Source of the DNA: Choristocarpus tenellus KU-1152
Lineage: Eukaryota > Protista > Phaeophyceae
Length of the DNA: 38,045 bases
Reading direction: 5' to 3'
NCBI GenBank assembly: GCA_964200185.2
Contig: CAXNAD020000036.1
Location: 1 to 38,045 of the forward strand
Below the pieces are notes generated by a model. The model was not told the DNA's origin, searched no databases, and saw only the letters and a list, made by a program, of their open reading frames with translations. Made by a program: the position numbers and the translations under genes. Below are positions 1 through 13,400 of the stretch, in pieces (position 1 is the first letter of the stretch; every line of letters starts with the position of its first letter).

Positions 1-312
1 GTAGGGGGCAACATTGTCATAGAGGCCCAGCCACCCAACTCACCTGACCTCAATATCAACGACCTGGGATTCTTTCATTCCATCCAACAACTGACGGAAG
101 ACGTGGGGGTGACCAATATAGAAGAGCTAGCGGAGGTCACAATGGAGGCAATCAACGAGGTGGTAAGGGACGACATTGTCATAGAGGCCCAGCCAACCAA
201 CTCACCTGACCTCAATATCAACGACCTGGGATTCTTTCATTCCATCCAACAACTGAAGGAAGACGTGGGGGTGACCAATATAGAAGAGCTAGCGGAGGTC
301 ACAATGGAGGCA
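1..312 (+). repeat. 162-bp near-identical tandem duplication
   Basis: ACATTGTCATAGAGGCCC at 11 and 173; ACAATGGAGGCA at 139 and 301; only a few substitutions. Confidence 0.95.
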
Positions 313-557
313 TTCAATCCAAGGAGGCACTAGAGCAAGTCTGGCAGAGCCTCTTCGGAATGAAATGTGAAGTGCTGGGATCCAAGTGTGACAACGTCTT
401 CAATATTTCCCATCTTAGAAAGGAAAGTGCTTTAAAAGGCGGGCAAGCTCCACCCAAATGCCCTGGTGGATGCTACAAAATACCATGCTGGAGAGGATTT
501 TTGGAAGACTTTGAGGGTGTGATCATAGATAGGTGTAGGCTGATTCATTTTGCTTGA
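1..557 (+). pseudogene. Tc1/mariner transposase C-terminal remnant
   Basis: ORFs 103..333 and 360..557 are pieces of one transposase broken by frameshifts. The catalytic segment is present twice. Confidence 0.8.
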
Positions 558-1308
558 ATATGTGAAAAAAAAATTGTTTCTTCATTGGGGCTGCAAAAGT
601 TTTATCGCATTTAATTCCAAACGGAGTAAGTAGGACACTGTGGAAAGACTTGGTAATTCTCGTGAAGGCTATTGTTGTCAAAATATTTGAATACCAGTAT
701 GGCACAAGCAACCGCAGTATTTCGTACTTCAGAGTTTGACAGCAGCTGCTCAGGTTATGTAGTGGTGCATCCTTGCTAAGAGGGGGGAAATGTGGAAGTA
801 CCTTCATTGATCACTGCAAGTTATCAATCAATCATTGCAGTATTCTGCATGGAGCAGGAGGTTGGTACAAACAGTGGTGGCTGGCATGGTGTAGTAGGTT
901 ACATCTCTAATTTTGTGTTCATATCTGTTGTTTGGAGTGCTTGCGTATATTGTTGCTAAGCCAGGGATACAATCTACCATGAGGAATGTAATACTCCATG
1001 CAAGAAAGGCTCTACAAACATATAAGGAGAAGTGTCCAACTAGTACAATCTTATTGGACCCAAGTGCGCACAAAATGCTCATGCTTCCGCTGATTAAAAA
1101 GTAACCACTGTCCTTCCTGTATGAAAGATAAAAGACAGATCATCATTGATTCATTGATGAGGAATGAGCGTTGGGTCCCAGCAAGTGCCGAGAATGCTCC
1201 TTCCTAAGCTTTATGTCAATCCCTATCATAATCTTGATTCTGAGGCCTTCAATTGCAACTATTATGCCACACCTCATCAATCCTTAACCCACATGTTGGC
1301 GGATGCAG

Positions 1309-1446
1309 GCTCCTCTCCCTCCATCAGCGGGTGGTGCGGACTATGCCTTGTTTCTTCAAGGACATCAGTACATGGAGGTTCTTGCTCCAGTGGGCCTAGA
1401 GCGGTTGAACGAGCTCATTATTGCAGCTTGGTTCAACCCCTCAAAT
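1309..1446 (+). CDS. Exon 1 in window: start of LamG/ConA-like domain
   Basis: cag|GCT acceptor; YALFLQGHQYMEV...LIIAAWFNP; donor AAT|gtgaga. An alternative in-frame donor after 1476 is possible, and an in-frame ATG lies at 1303. Confidence 0.65.
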
Positions 1447-4400
1447 GTGAGAAAAGCACCTCTATCTTGCTTGAGAGTGGGAGGCGATATTGACTGACAC
1501 ACAATATCTCTATTCTACACGAAGAACAAAGTAGGATACACCTGTGGTATTGTTCACAAATAAAGCCTGCAAACTAGGGCAGCTCCTGTGAGGCACTTCT
1601 TGAGTGAATAGTCTTTGGCATGCAAAGATTTTATTTTAATAGTATCCATAACCTCTAGTAGCCTTGCCTTCTTAACCTTACTGTACTCTATCTGCCTACT
1701 TTCCGGTTGTGTGCATGAGAGAAGACCCCCCACTCCATGCTGTTGTCAGAAGTGTCAGGAAGGTAATGTCCCAATGCATGCCATTTGTAAAAGACCATCA
1801 GAGAGGACAACATTGAGAAGTATAAAACATGCATACAAGGAAAACTCTATCTGCTTGGCACATGAGGACCCCGACTTTTGTCGTAGATTTGCTTTGAAAG
1901 TTCTTCATCTTCTGTGCTATCACTGTCCGAAAACCAAATTGCACTAAAATTTGCATGTTTCAGGGATCCTCAAGGTTGACGAACAGGTATCCTGAAGAGG
2001 AGGTGGGCATCATAGATTTTTCAGTAGGAGCTGGGTTTGGGTTTAGTGTGACTCTAAAGCATGACACCGCAGCAGATATTTCACGTGTGAGATTACGGCT
2101 GGGAACAGTCTTGGACTGGTCTGCACCCTGTCCACCTATCAAGGTGAGCAGGGTCAATTTCCATTGCTGTGCTCTTTCACAAGCACGGTATGATTGGAGC
2201 TAATTGTCCTCTATTTTATCTCAGTGACTTCTTTCCTTTGTGAGATATAAGATGAGTGATGTTCTCTTGGATAGACCGGGTGTGATAGTGATCTTCTCTT
2301 TTCTTTGCCCTTTCCCTACTTTTTATGCAGGACATGGCAATTTTGACATCCTGTCCAATCTAAATTGGGTCCCACTGTGTCTCGTCTGGTCTTCTCTTGG
2401 CTGTCCTTCTTAGCTACATTGGTTTTTTCTCCTTCTTTTCCTTCTCCTTAAGTATAAATGATAATTTTTTCGACGGCAATAAGGTATTCTTGAGAACACC
2501 CAACTGTGTTACACTTGGAACTATTTCCCACAACTATGAACTTTGGAGTAGCATTAGATTTAAGCCTGGCAGTGTCAAAATTGACCTCTATAGCTGAGAT
2601 ACCTAGGTTTCATTGACAGATACCTTTGGTGTTGTCTTCAACCATCCTGTAGGATTATATTCTGTAGTTAAGGATTAGAACTCCTGTTTCTGACATCTTC
2701 CGCACAAGCAATTTATGCATGAGAGGAGAGTATACTGCTGTCCCTGTTTAATTATGCCTTTGGTCCAACATGTCATATGTTCGACAATGCTTGTGAGGGC
2801 TGCCTTCTACACTAGTACATGGGTAACCAATACTTGTGTGTTCGGGGCATTTGGTGTAGAGCATTATTTTGGTTCTTCCCCTGACCATTCTTCAAAAAGA
2901 GTAAGATTTTACCCTTTGCTTGTTTCGATCATCTGCAGGTCAGCCAGTGGAGTCATATACTTGTTGGATGGAATGAAACACATGCCTTTGTCCATGCTAA
3001 CACGTCCTTGTGTGGGACTATGGACCTAGGTACGGTAGGTAGCATTGCACGATCAAACTTGACTGTGCCCCATCCTGTTAGTAGCCTCCTAGTCGGCACA
3101 TGGCGAAAGAGTGGAGGAGATTCTGAACATCAGGGGTACTACACGGGACTGATTGACAACCTTGAGGTGGGAAACATGATCCACATGTTTGTTTGTTGAA
3201 GTTAACTTTTCCACATGTGATATCTTTCCTAGGTTGGGCATGGGACTGGGTGTGAAAAAGCACTCTAAAATATATACTTGAAGTATACTGTTGGGACCTA
3301 GGGAGACACAGAGACAAGCATTAAAAAAAACCCTACAGTAGTACAGAATGCTTGAAGTACAGAGTGCGCACCTTGATGAGCTTCTTTGGAAAGACATGAA
3401 CCACCATTTGTATTTTCTTTTCGTTCCTCACTAGGAAGAATGATCAAAGGTGAGGGAGGGATCGCCTTGAATATCCAATCACATTGCAAGTACCTCTTGA
3501 CCATTTTCGATCACCTTTGGCCCCTTTTTGTTTACCTCAAAGTATTTCCTTGTATCCTCTGAAATGACCTTTTGTGACTGTATAGGTCAAAGTATTATAA
3601 ACAAACTATGAAAGGTCCCATGTTATATACTTTGAGGAGCTTGACTTTGGATCACCCCCATCCTAACTTTGCTCCCACTCAGCTGCAGTCAGATTAGCTC
3701 TGAGCCAAAGTATCTTAGAGAGTAGGGCCGCATCCATTTGGGTGTCAAAATCCAATGTTGCGATTTTGATGTAATTTTGGCTATTGTGTTAGTTACGAAG
3801 TGTCAGTTTCCTTGTTGTGGAGACATATTTTCATATCATGTACATTTTACCTACTCCAAAAAATTTTGGAGGTAGGAAAATATCGTAACTAAACCCATGG
3901 GAAGTCAAGCCCCAAATAGACAAACAGGGCAAAACTCATACCCTCTAAGATACTTTCACTCTCTAGTTGTTACATGCTACCATCAGGAGCACATTATCCA
4001 CAACCAAGCTCAGTCACCTTTTCCCCATGATTCTAAAGAGTTATGCATGCACAATACTGACTCTTCCCCTATAAACAAAGGTGTGGTCCTCAGAGGCAGC
4101 ATATGGGAACCGTGATCCTCATCTCCCACTCTCTGGTTTTGAGTCTGGACTGGTCTCATTGTGGAGGTTTCATGAGGGTCGTGGGACAATTGCTACCAAC
4201 TCTGCTCAGAATAGCATCAGTGGTTCTACTGGCGATGGGGTTGTTGATATTGGAGTCTTGACTCTGGCTCACAATACAGATGTTGATCTTCTGGTTTCTC
4301 AAAGTATGGCACCTTACCTTGCTACTTGGGCAGTTTCAACTGCCCCAGTTGGTGACCGTGTCTTCACTGATGAGTCTCGGCCTGTGTCACTGAGAATAAA

Positions 4401-7400
4401 TGGCACTGATGCTCATCTTCGGCTCCTTTGGGCTATTGTAGTGACACCCCCTTCAGGAGGCAATTTAACAGTGACAACACCCATTGGAGATTCGCCATCT
4501 ACAAGTACTGCATTGGACCCAATCAAATCTGGAGATCGCATTCTGGTTGGAACTCAGCTTACATACATCCCCAATCCTGGGGCACATGATGTCATGCCTG
4601 AGGAAGACAGTGATGACCATAGTGGTAATGTTGATGGTGGTGAGTGGAGGCAGCTTAGGACAGGAAAACGTTCACATGACTGGATCTCATACACAGTAGA
4701 GACTGAAGGTGGGGAGCCCTCAGGTAACCAGGCAACCGTGCTGCTCAGTGTACAGGCTGTCATTGACTTGCCTCATATCAGCTGGCGCTCAAGGGTGAGG
4801 AGCTTGGTGTTAGTTAATTTTAGAGGAGTAGAAATAGTGCCATTCAAAGCTATCGACAAATCTGCATGTGAATTGAGTTATCATGAATATATATGTTGAG
4901 TGTTCCAAAGAATTTCTGTAGGTGTCATCGATTTTGGATGATAGAGCAATGACCTGAACCTTTTTTGTTTAGCTTTTTAAGAAATGTACGTACTACTGTT
5001 TCCTTCGTCCCTAACCTTGGGTAGTACAGGAGTATTCATTCTCATTAGCATGTAATGGGTGTCATCATGGTGCAAACAGTGATTGTTGGCATGAATGACC
5101 CATAAACCCAGCACAATGTAATCTGTTTGTTACTAAGTCCTTTGTACCTCCTCAAACAGGATCTTACGTTGTCTAACTATGAGGTTAATGACGTTGATGC
5201 CTGGGAAGGCTCTGGAGAATCCATGCTAGTCCGCCTTAAGGTTCATGAAACATATGGGACTGGACTTCATGCCCCGACCATCTCACTTGCCTCCACTTCT
5301 GGACTAAGTTTTGCTGCATATGGTATAGGAAGGGGTCAGTTTGATGGTGAAATGGGTTTTGTTTCAACCCTTGGTCCGACAAATCGGGCCCTGCACGACC
5401 TAACCCTTCACACAACAGCCAGTGACGATTCCATGGTAGCCAATGGGGTCTTGAATATTGCTGTATGTGACAATGAGATTGGAAGGAGTCTTGAAGCAAA
5501 GGATTGCGGGACTCCCAACTGGGTTCAACAGAATATCTCGTATGGATACCGTATGGGAACATTGCCTATTGTAGAGAGTGTATGTCCCATGGCTGCACCA
5601 GTGACGGGTGGGCTTAACCTTGAGGTGAGCTGTACTACAGGAGGGGGTGCTTTGATGTGCAACATTGAAAAAAAACACTGCCTGCAGACATGAACATGTG
5701 GTAAATCCTTCAAGCCTTAGGATCAATATTGACCACACTTCTGGCATCGAGTGAAGACATGAGAACTTCTTAAAACATAATTCTTGTTCTCCTTGTGATG
5801 TGGTGCACTTATATGACCCACATGTGGAGGAATGCTGACCTCGCTTTGTCAAATCTCACCACGAATGCTACTTTTCTTTCTTGCCAACAGGTTTATGGGG
5901 TGAATTTTGGGCAGTCACATTATCGTTGTGTGTTTGGTGCTGATGAAAATATCTCCACAAACGCGGTCCATTCAGGAGCTGGGCTCCTTGAATGCCCCAT
6001 TCCGGCTGCGCCCAATGAAATAAGCAAGGTGACTTCCTTCCAAGTGATCAATAGTGTAGGGTTCTCCAGCAACCGCTTGAGTTTTCTGTACTATCCTCAG
6101 CCAATGTTTGTTGGAGTATCGCCAGATCATGGTCCTACATGTGGAGGAACAAGGGTAACGGTGTCTGGTCTGCACTTTGAAGATTATGGTAGGATTGCCT
6201 GCCTGTTTGGAGGAGTGGACGTCACAGGGGTGTGGATTTCGTCAACATCGGTGGAATGTACAACACCAGCTGCACAAAATGGTGTGGCCATGGAGGTTTC
6301 CCTCTATGTGTCAATGAATGGACTACACTTTGGGAGCTATACATCGACAATGACCAACTCACTCATGTATAGGTATGTAGAACCTGCCATTGTCTCATTC
6401 TTGTCACCCACATCCGGCCTGCCACTGAGTAGTCAGAGAGAGGGCGATGAAGGAGGCAAAGTAACAGTATATGGAGCCAACTTCGTGGAAGGGATAAGTC
6501 TTGTTTGTCGATTTGGAGCCATACTAACAGCAGCAACATACATTTCAACATCAGAGGTGCAGTGCCAAATTCCTCCTATGTCTAATGGCACGGGTGCCAA
6601 GCCAAGGGTGTCAATATCTACAAATGGTATTGATTTCAGTCGTGAGGGTTTCTCTTCAACCATCTTCACATATTATATTGCACCTGAAGTTCTTGGACTC
6701 TCTCCCACTCTAGGCCCAAGCACTGGTGGCACTGTTATCACAATAATTGGAAAGAATTTTGCCTTGGTCGGCGCAAATATCACCAGGTTCATGTGCATTT
6801 TTGAGGGGATGACAACCAATGCTACTATTGACAGCAAGAGCACTGGCATCCTACCAATTTCCTTAGTCCATGGAGAATTTATCTCAAGTAGCACAGCTTT
6901 GTGCCATTCTCCGATGGTGGAACCAATTGGTGGCTATGCTCGCCTAAGAGTATCTATTGATGGTGGGTTAAGCTTCTCAGGTTCTTCTTCACGGTTTCTT
7001 TTCCACCCAACTATAGAAGTGGCTACTGCCTTTCCTATTCTAGTCCCTTTGGGCAGTGGGAAAGAGGTTACCATCGTTGGTAGGGGTTTCCTTCCCGGGG
7101 AACATTTGCTACTATGTGTTTTTCGTCGAATTGTGACAAAGGAAGCCGGCAATCTTTATACAGACAGCCTTAAGGTATTGGCATCGGATATCACATCACC
7201 AGTGACATGGATGTCATCAGAACTTGTTCGGTGCTCAACTCCAGAAATAGAGGTTGGAGGAAGTGCTTCAGTGCCATTTGCACTGCATATGACAATAAAC
7301 GGTATAGACATTTCTCCAACCGCAGCGCATCTGGTCTTGTACTCCAGACCACGAGTTGTCAGCCTTGTTCCATCCTCTGGTCCCAAGACTGGGGAAACGG

Positions 7401-10400
7401 AGATAACCCTGACCCTGGAAGGATGGGGTTTGCAAAGAAGGGATGATGAAGAGTTGCTGGGTTACTCGGAGGTGCAATGTCGTTTCAGAGACACCCTTGT
7501 CCCCGGCAGCATCGTGATGGGTGATTCTGACAGGGCTGAGGTGATGTGCAAATCTCCAGCCCTTCCTATGGAAGTTGATCAGGTCCCGGTCCAGATTTCC
7601 ACAAATATAGAAGTAAATCTCACCCTAGAGGTTGACGGGATTGTGGCATCTACTCAGAGTCTTCGTTTCTGGTATTACTCCTCACCTGTTGTGCACAGTA
7701 TTTCCCCCTGGTTTGGCAATGATGTTGGGGGAACTAATGTGACCGTCCATGGCGATAATTTTCCTCTGGAAGGTAGTGGGGAAGCCAAGGTGATGTGCAT
7801 CTTTGGCAACATTCCTGTCCCAGCATTATTTCTATTATCATCCACACGTCTCATTTGCACATCCCCCAAGTGGACTATACCACTTCAGTACAACACAGGG
7901 ACTGCTGTTGCTGTAGGAGTTTCACTAAATGGTGGTGCAGACTTTAGTGAACTCACTGGAAATTTCCTATACCTGCCCACACCAGAAACAACCGGTGAGA
8001 GAAATTGCTTTTGGGTACTGAAATGGTTGAGAAATTGTTGTTGGATCCTGAACTGGTTGGAAATGATTTTCTCACGGAATGTAAGTGGAAGTGTTATGCA
8101 AATGAGAGTGGCAGGAGTAGGTAGAATATGTTGAGAGGGTTCAAAATTGGTTGGGTACGCTTGTGAAATCATGAAATTTTTTTCACTGCACTACAATTAT
8201 AAACAGTCTTGTGGATCCATAAACGATGATCTACTTGAATTCAACAAATTAACCAACACAATAAGGAAAAAAACTACTATTATTGACCTAATTGAACCTT
8301 GGCTCATGTGTACTGGGTATCAATTTATTTCCTAGGTGATAAGTAAGAAAATTATGTGAGAAACTATCTTGCTATGCAGGAGCAATTAAATAATGGTATT
8401 TGAAGTTTTGGTACCATCTTTTGGAAAATTTTCTTTCCAAGAAAACGCATGTAGTTGAAATCTGTCCCAAGACATTGTCGGACACAGAGTACAAGTCAAT
8501 GTCACTATAATGCTTACATTACGTTCAACTGGCAAGATTTTCATTTGCAGGTGACTACCTTGGATAGCATATCCAGGAGGTCCACAAAAAAATGCCCAAT
8601 GTATTTGAGAGTCAAGAAAGCAAACACGCTGTGAAGTGTTAGAAGGGAAAAGTTGGCAAACAAGTCAATACATTTATATCAATATCATTTGACCTTCTGA
8701 TGTATGCTACGTCTAGATCACAAACAAACACCAGTACGTATAATAGGTACAGATAGTACACTTGGTGTACAAAGTGTATACTAGGCTCACCTAGCATGCA
8801 GTGCAGTCAATATCTGCAAGGTGTTAGTTTGTTGCTAGAAGTGTTCTTTCCATGAAAGATGAGTTTGATGGCCTGAGGAGCGCACATACAGAGCATGTCA
8901 TTATCAAAAGGTATTCATCCACACTCCTACTAGAATATTTAGATCATGTATAATGCGCACAAGATGGGAAATATGGTCGTCAAGCACTTTTTTGAGGGGC
9001 ACATTACAAGGGAAGTTGCATGGGTATTTAGAGGCCCCCAAGTCCATACACAACGACTGAAGGGAAGAAGTGCTGTGGAACGAAAATTTTTGCATGCAAC
9101 CCAGGTTCAAGGACAGGGAGGAAATAACTTGAGGATAAGACATGCATGCTTTTCTTGACAAAACTTGTCTTCAGCACCTTGCTCTCTTCAATTCGACTCA
9201 AGCATGTCTAGCTTGCTTGTGATTATTCCACAACCAAGCCCCCCTTGTTACTGTGCATGACTGCATCAAACTCTTTCACTCAAATTGAATAGGTGTGTCA
9301 CCACAAAGTGTGCCATTGGCGGGTGGGACAAATGTGTCAGTGACTGGGTTTGGCTTCTCTCCAACTGAGCTATTGTCTTGTGTCTTCAACTTGTCTGTTG
9401 AGACTGCACATGGCCACAGACACAAAGACACCGTAATAGTTACCGCTCATTGGTTCTCTTTCAATCTGGTGGTCTGCAGTGCACCAGAAGCACTCCCAGC
9501 AGCTACCTATTTCATGTCGGAACAGCATCAGAAAATTACAGCAATGCTAGCTGTGTCCAATAATGGGGTTGATATCATGGGGCCATGGGTCCACTTGCAG
9601 TACTTAAATGCCCCCTCCATTGAAGTGATAATGCCTCCAGGGGGGCCAGCAACTGGAGGGACAAATGTGTATGTTAGTGGACATGATTTTGTCAACAACA
9701 CTGCCCTCTCTTGCCGTTTTGGTAACACTACGGTATCTGCCATATACCATGACCTGTATAATGTGTCATGCTTGGTCCCATCTTTCATTGCATCAGAGGG
9801 AACTGGTGAGAACGGGGGCATCACAAGTGTCATTCTGTCAGTGAGCAACAATGGAGATGACTTTGGCAACCATGTTCCTTTCTACTACTACCCAACTGCT
9901 GAGATCACAGGGATATCTCCACGCACTGTCACTATTGAAGATGTATTGTCTGGGAATGCAGTGGTGAGCGTGTCTGGCAGGGGCTTTATCAAGATTCTGA
10001 GCCCAGCTAGTCAATTGATGTCAAAGATCACTTGCCGATTCTCTGATTTTGGAGACTCGATTGCAACATTTGTACGCCCAACATTGGTGGAATGCCCTGT
10101 TCCCATCCAAGTGATGACGGGGCAGGTAATGGTTACTGTAAGCAATAACGGCATTGATTTCTCCAAAGATGAGGGTGGTGCCAGCATAACAGTTGCTGCT
10201 ACTCCTCATGTGTTTTCTCTGTCCCCCACCTCTGGACCTGACCAAGGAGGAACACTCCTTCTGGTCCAGGGATCGAAAATTGGGCAGTTATTCTCGCCTC
10301 AGTGCACCTTTACATTTGCATCCGGCAATGAGTTATCCACCCCAACAGTTTCAAGGGGAAGGGACGTAATATCATGCTCAACTCCCTCACTCCTGTCTTC

Positions 10401-13400
10401 TATTGACACCCCTAATGATGGTACATACTCAAATCAACTGACACCAGTCTTGGTCAATGTCAAGGTCGATGGAAGACAAGGGTCTCAAGGTACAGCAGAG
10501 AATGATGGTGCTGTGCAAGGGTTAACATCCAACCTGATGTTCATGTATTACCCTTCCCACGAGGTCAAGAGTGTATGGCCCTCTTCTGGGTCGGCCTTCA
10601 CGCCAGTAACAATCTTTGGTAGAGGCTTTATTGACTCACCTGACCTACTGTGCCGATTCGGGGACAAAGTGGTCGCTCCTGTCAGTGTGACTGGCTTTGA
10701 TACTGTTATTTGCAAGGCCCCGCCTCAGAAAGGAGATCGTGTGTTTGCAGTTGAGGTGACAAACAACAATGCTGACTGGTCATATAACGGATACACATTC
10801 ACCTACCGACCAGTTCTCTCACTGTCTGCAATGAATCCAAGGGTTGGACCTCTGAATGGGAGCACAATAGTCAAAGTGAGTGGTTCAGGATTTATGAATG
10901 ATAGCAGCCTGTCATGTCGCTTTGGGTCAAGGCTAGTGACAGCTGTCCCTGAGTCTACAAACGAAATTCATTGTGTAACACCACCAGCAATGAATTATGG
11001 TGTTGTTGCGGTTGAAGTAGTTGAGAATGGGAACTCCTTTACCTCAAGTGGATGGTCCTTCAACTACCTCCCCGATGTGGAAGTCACTTCAGAAGGACCA
11101 CTTGCTGGACCTGAGTATGGGGGCACCATTGTCACCTTGATAGGGCTGGGATTCCTTGGGCAGACATATATTATTTGCGAATTTGGCTCACATAGATCAC
11201 GTGTTCCTGGTAGATGGCTTGGAGGGACAGCGTTTGAGTGCAAGTCACCCCCCCATAAGCCAGGCCTAGTCATTCTGCGGTTAAGTATCAACGGACAACA
11301 GTTCTTTGATACTCACCTTGTATATGAGTATCGCTCGCGGGCTACGATTAGGACGATTGACCCTGAGCAAGGTCCAGACTATGGTGGCACAGTAATTGAG
11401 GTCACTGGCACAGGCTTTGTCAACGCCTCATCTTTGGTGTGCCGTTTTGGAGACATATTGAGTGAAGTCGAGTTTCTTGATTCAACAAAGGTACACTGTC
11501 ACGTGCCAAGGGCTCCTGAAGGTAGCATGCCAAAGTCAGTCGCTGTTGAATTGTCCAATAATGGTGCGGACTTCACTAGCAGTGGGATCAAGTACAAGTA
11601 TTTCTCTTCACTTCAAGCAATGGACATAGAGCCCAACAGTGGGCCGACTACAGGTCACACCATTGTTGTAATTTCGGGTATGAACTTCTCTGAACTCAGG
11701 AGCGGACGTTGTCTGTTCAATGGTACAGCAGTTGACGCGAGCATAAATGGGTCTAGGGAGCTACTTTGTCTATCTCCACCTATGGCAGAGCCAGGTGCGG
11801 TGAAGGTTGAGATTACAAGTAGGGGACATGTCATAGGATCAGAATTTACGTTTCTATACCATGACCCTATGGAAATATTCAGCATTTTTCCACGCACTGT
11901 GCCAGAGTACGGTGTATCAAGTATCTTAGTCATTGGTTCTGGTTTTGTGAAATCAAAGCATCTGGTGTGCATCTTCAGCCCTTCGGATGGGAAAGATCTC
12001 TCTGGTCCAGCCAAGTTCATTTCCAGGTCTCTCATCAAATGTGACCTACCCAAACTTGCTCTTGGCAACATAGTTGTTGGGGTGTCCAGCAATGGGATGG
12101 ATGTGTCTCTAGCAAAAGAGCACCTGAAGGTTATGGCTGCATCAACTGTGAGCTCTCTGTGGCCTTCCTCTGGATCCACAGCTGGGGGAACCATGGTTCA
12201 AGTCCAAGGTACTGGGTTTGCGGACTCCTCAGAAGTGTACTGCAGATTCGGTGACAAATCTGTAGTACCTCACATGGTATTGAGTTCTACCGTTGTCGTC
12301 TGTCGAGCTCCTCCTCATGGAGAAGGTGGGCAGGTGTCGGTTGAGGTGACAACTAGCAAATTCGACTGGACCTCAAGTGGGGTCATGTTTACCTACAAGC
12401 CCCCAATTGAAGTAACAGATGTATATCCTACTGCTGGACCCCTGAGAGGCGGGACTGTGGTTAGTATCAAGATCCTCGGATTTGACTCAGGGAGTGTAGA
12501 TGAGCTATCATGCCGTTTTGGGACCAACGTTGTATCAATAGCACTAATTGATTCTGAAGGTGCTGCCCTTTGTATATCTCCAGAGATGTCGCAGGCTGTC
12601 ACAGTTCCACTGGAACTTACCAACAATGGAGTCGATTATACAAGAAGCGGGTGGAGATTCACATATGTCCCTCAAATCAATGTGGAAAATGCTAATCCCT
12701 TGTCGGGCTCTGAATATGGCGGTACTGAAGTGGTAATAGTGGGCTCCGGTTTTCCACACCTAAATTCACTTGTGTGCGAATTTGGTTCCCTAGGAAGGCC
12801 AGTACGTGCTCATTGGTTGGATCAAACAAAAATATCATGCATTACTCCTCCTCAGATGCCTGGTACAGCAGCTCTGAGGATTGGTCCGAATAGACAACAA
12901 GTTCTTGATTCTGGCCTAGTTTTTACCTACCAAGCGACACCAACAGTGTTAACTATGGATCCCTCCTTTGGACCTGTGCTTGGTGGGACACATGTCAATG
13001 TCATTGGTGCAGGCTTTGCCAATTCGACTGAAATAGCTTGCCATTTCGGTGATCAAACAGTGGCAGCAATTTTCATCGATAATATGAATATTTGGTGTGT
13101 TGCGCCTGCCACTAGATCAGTTGGAAAGGTCTCCATACAGGTCTCCAACTATGGCAAGCATTTTGTCAGCAACAGTCTGCAGTATCGATATGTACCAGCC
13201 CTGAAGGTCCTACATACTCATCCTTCTAGTGGTCCAACTACTGGTGGTACAACTCTTGCAATCTTGGGTTCAGGGTTTGTAGGTGGAGGAAAACTAAGGT
13301 GTATAATCGGAGGAAACGTGTCAACAGGTGTAGTTCTAAGTGATACTGAGCTCCTCTGCAGTACACCAGAACAAAATTCCATGGGACCTGTTTTGGTTGA

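Larger units (their letters stand above)
1..626 (+). mobile_element. 3' end of a decayed Tc1/mariner DNA transposon (plant-mariner/DD39D-like), truncated by the window start
   Basis: Frame 1 encodes AQPPNSPDLNINDLGFFHSIQQL, the SPDLN..D motif carrying the third catalytic Asp. After a frameshift near 320-330 it continues EALEQVWQSLF...DNVFNISHLRK, the usual C-terminus. The segment ends ...TTCCAAACGGAG followed by TA (627-628), a Stowaway/mariner-like terminus plus TA target site. Confidence 0.8.

Noticed and set aside
913-1104. Hydrophobic ORF as a possible signal-peptide exon
   Set aside because: It starts at TTG rather than ATG, and I found no convincing donor joining it to 1309.
3897-4115. 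Peptide SQAPN.QTGQN.YP recurring in ORFs at 3897 and 28640
   Set aside because: It is a chance translation of the non-coding MITE.
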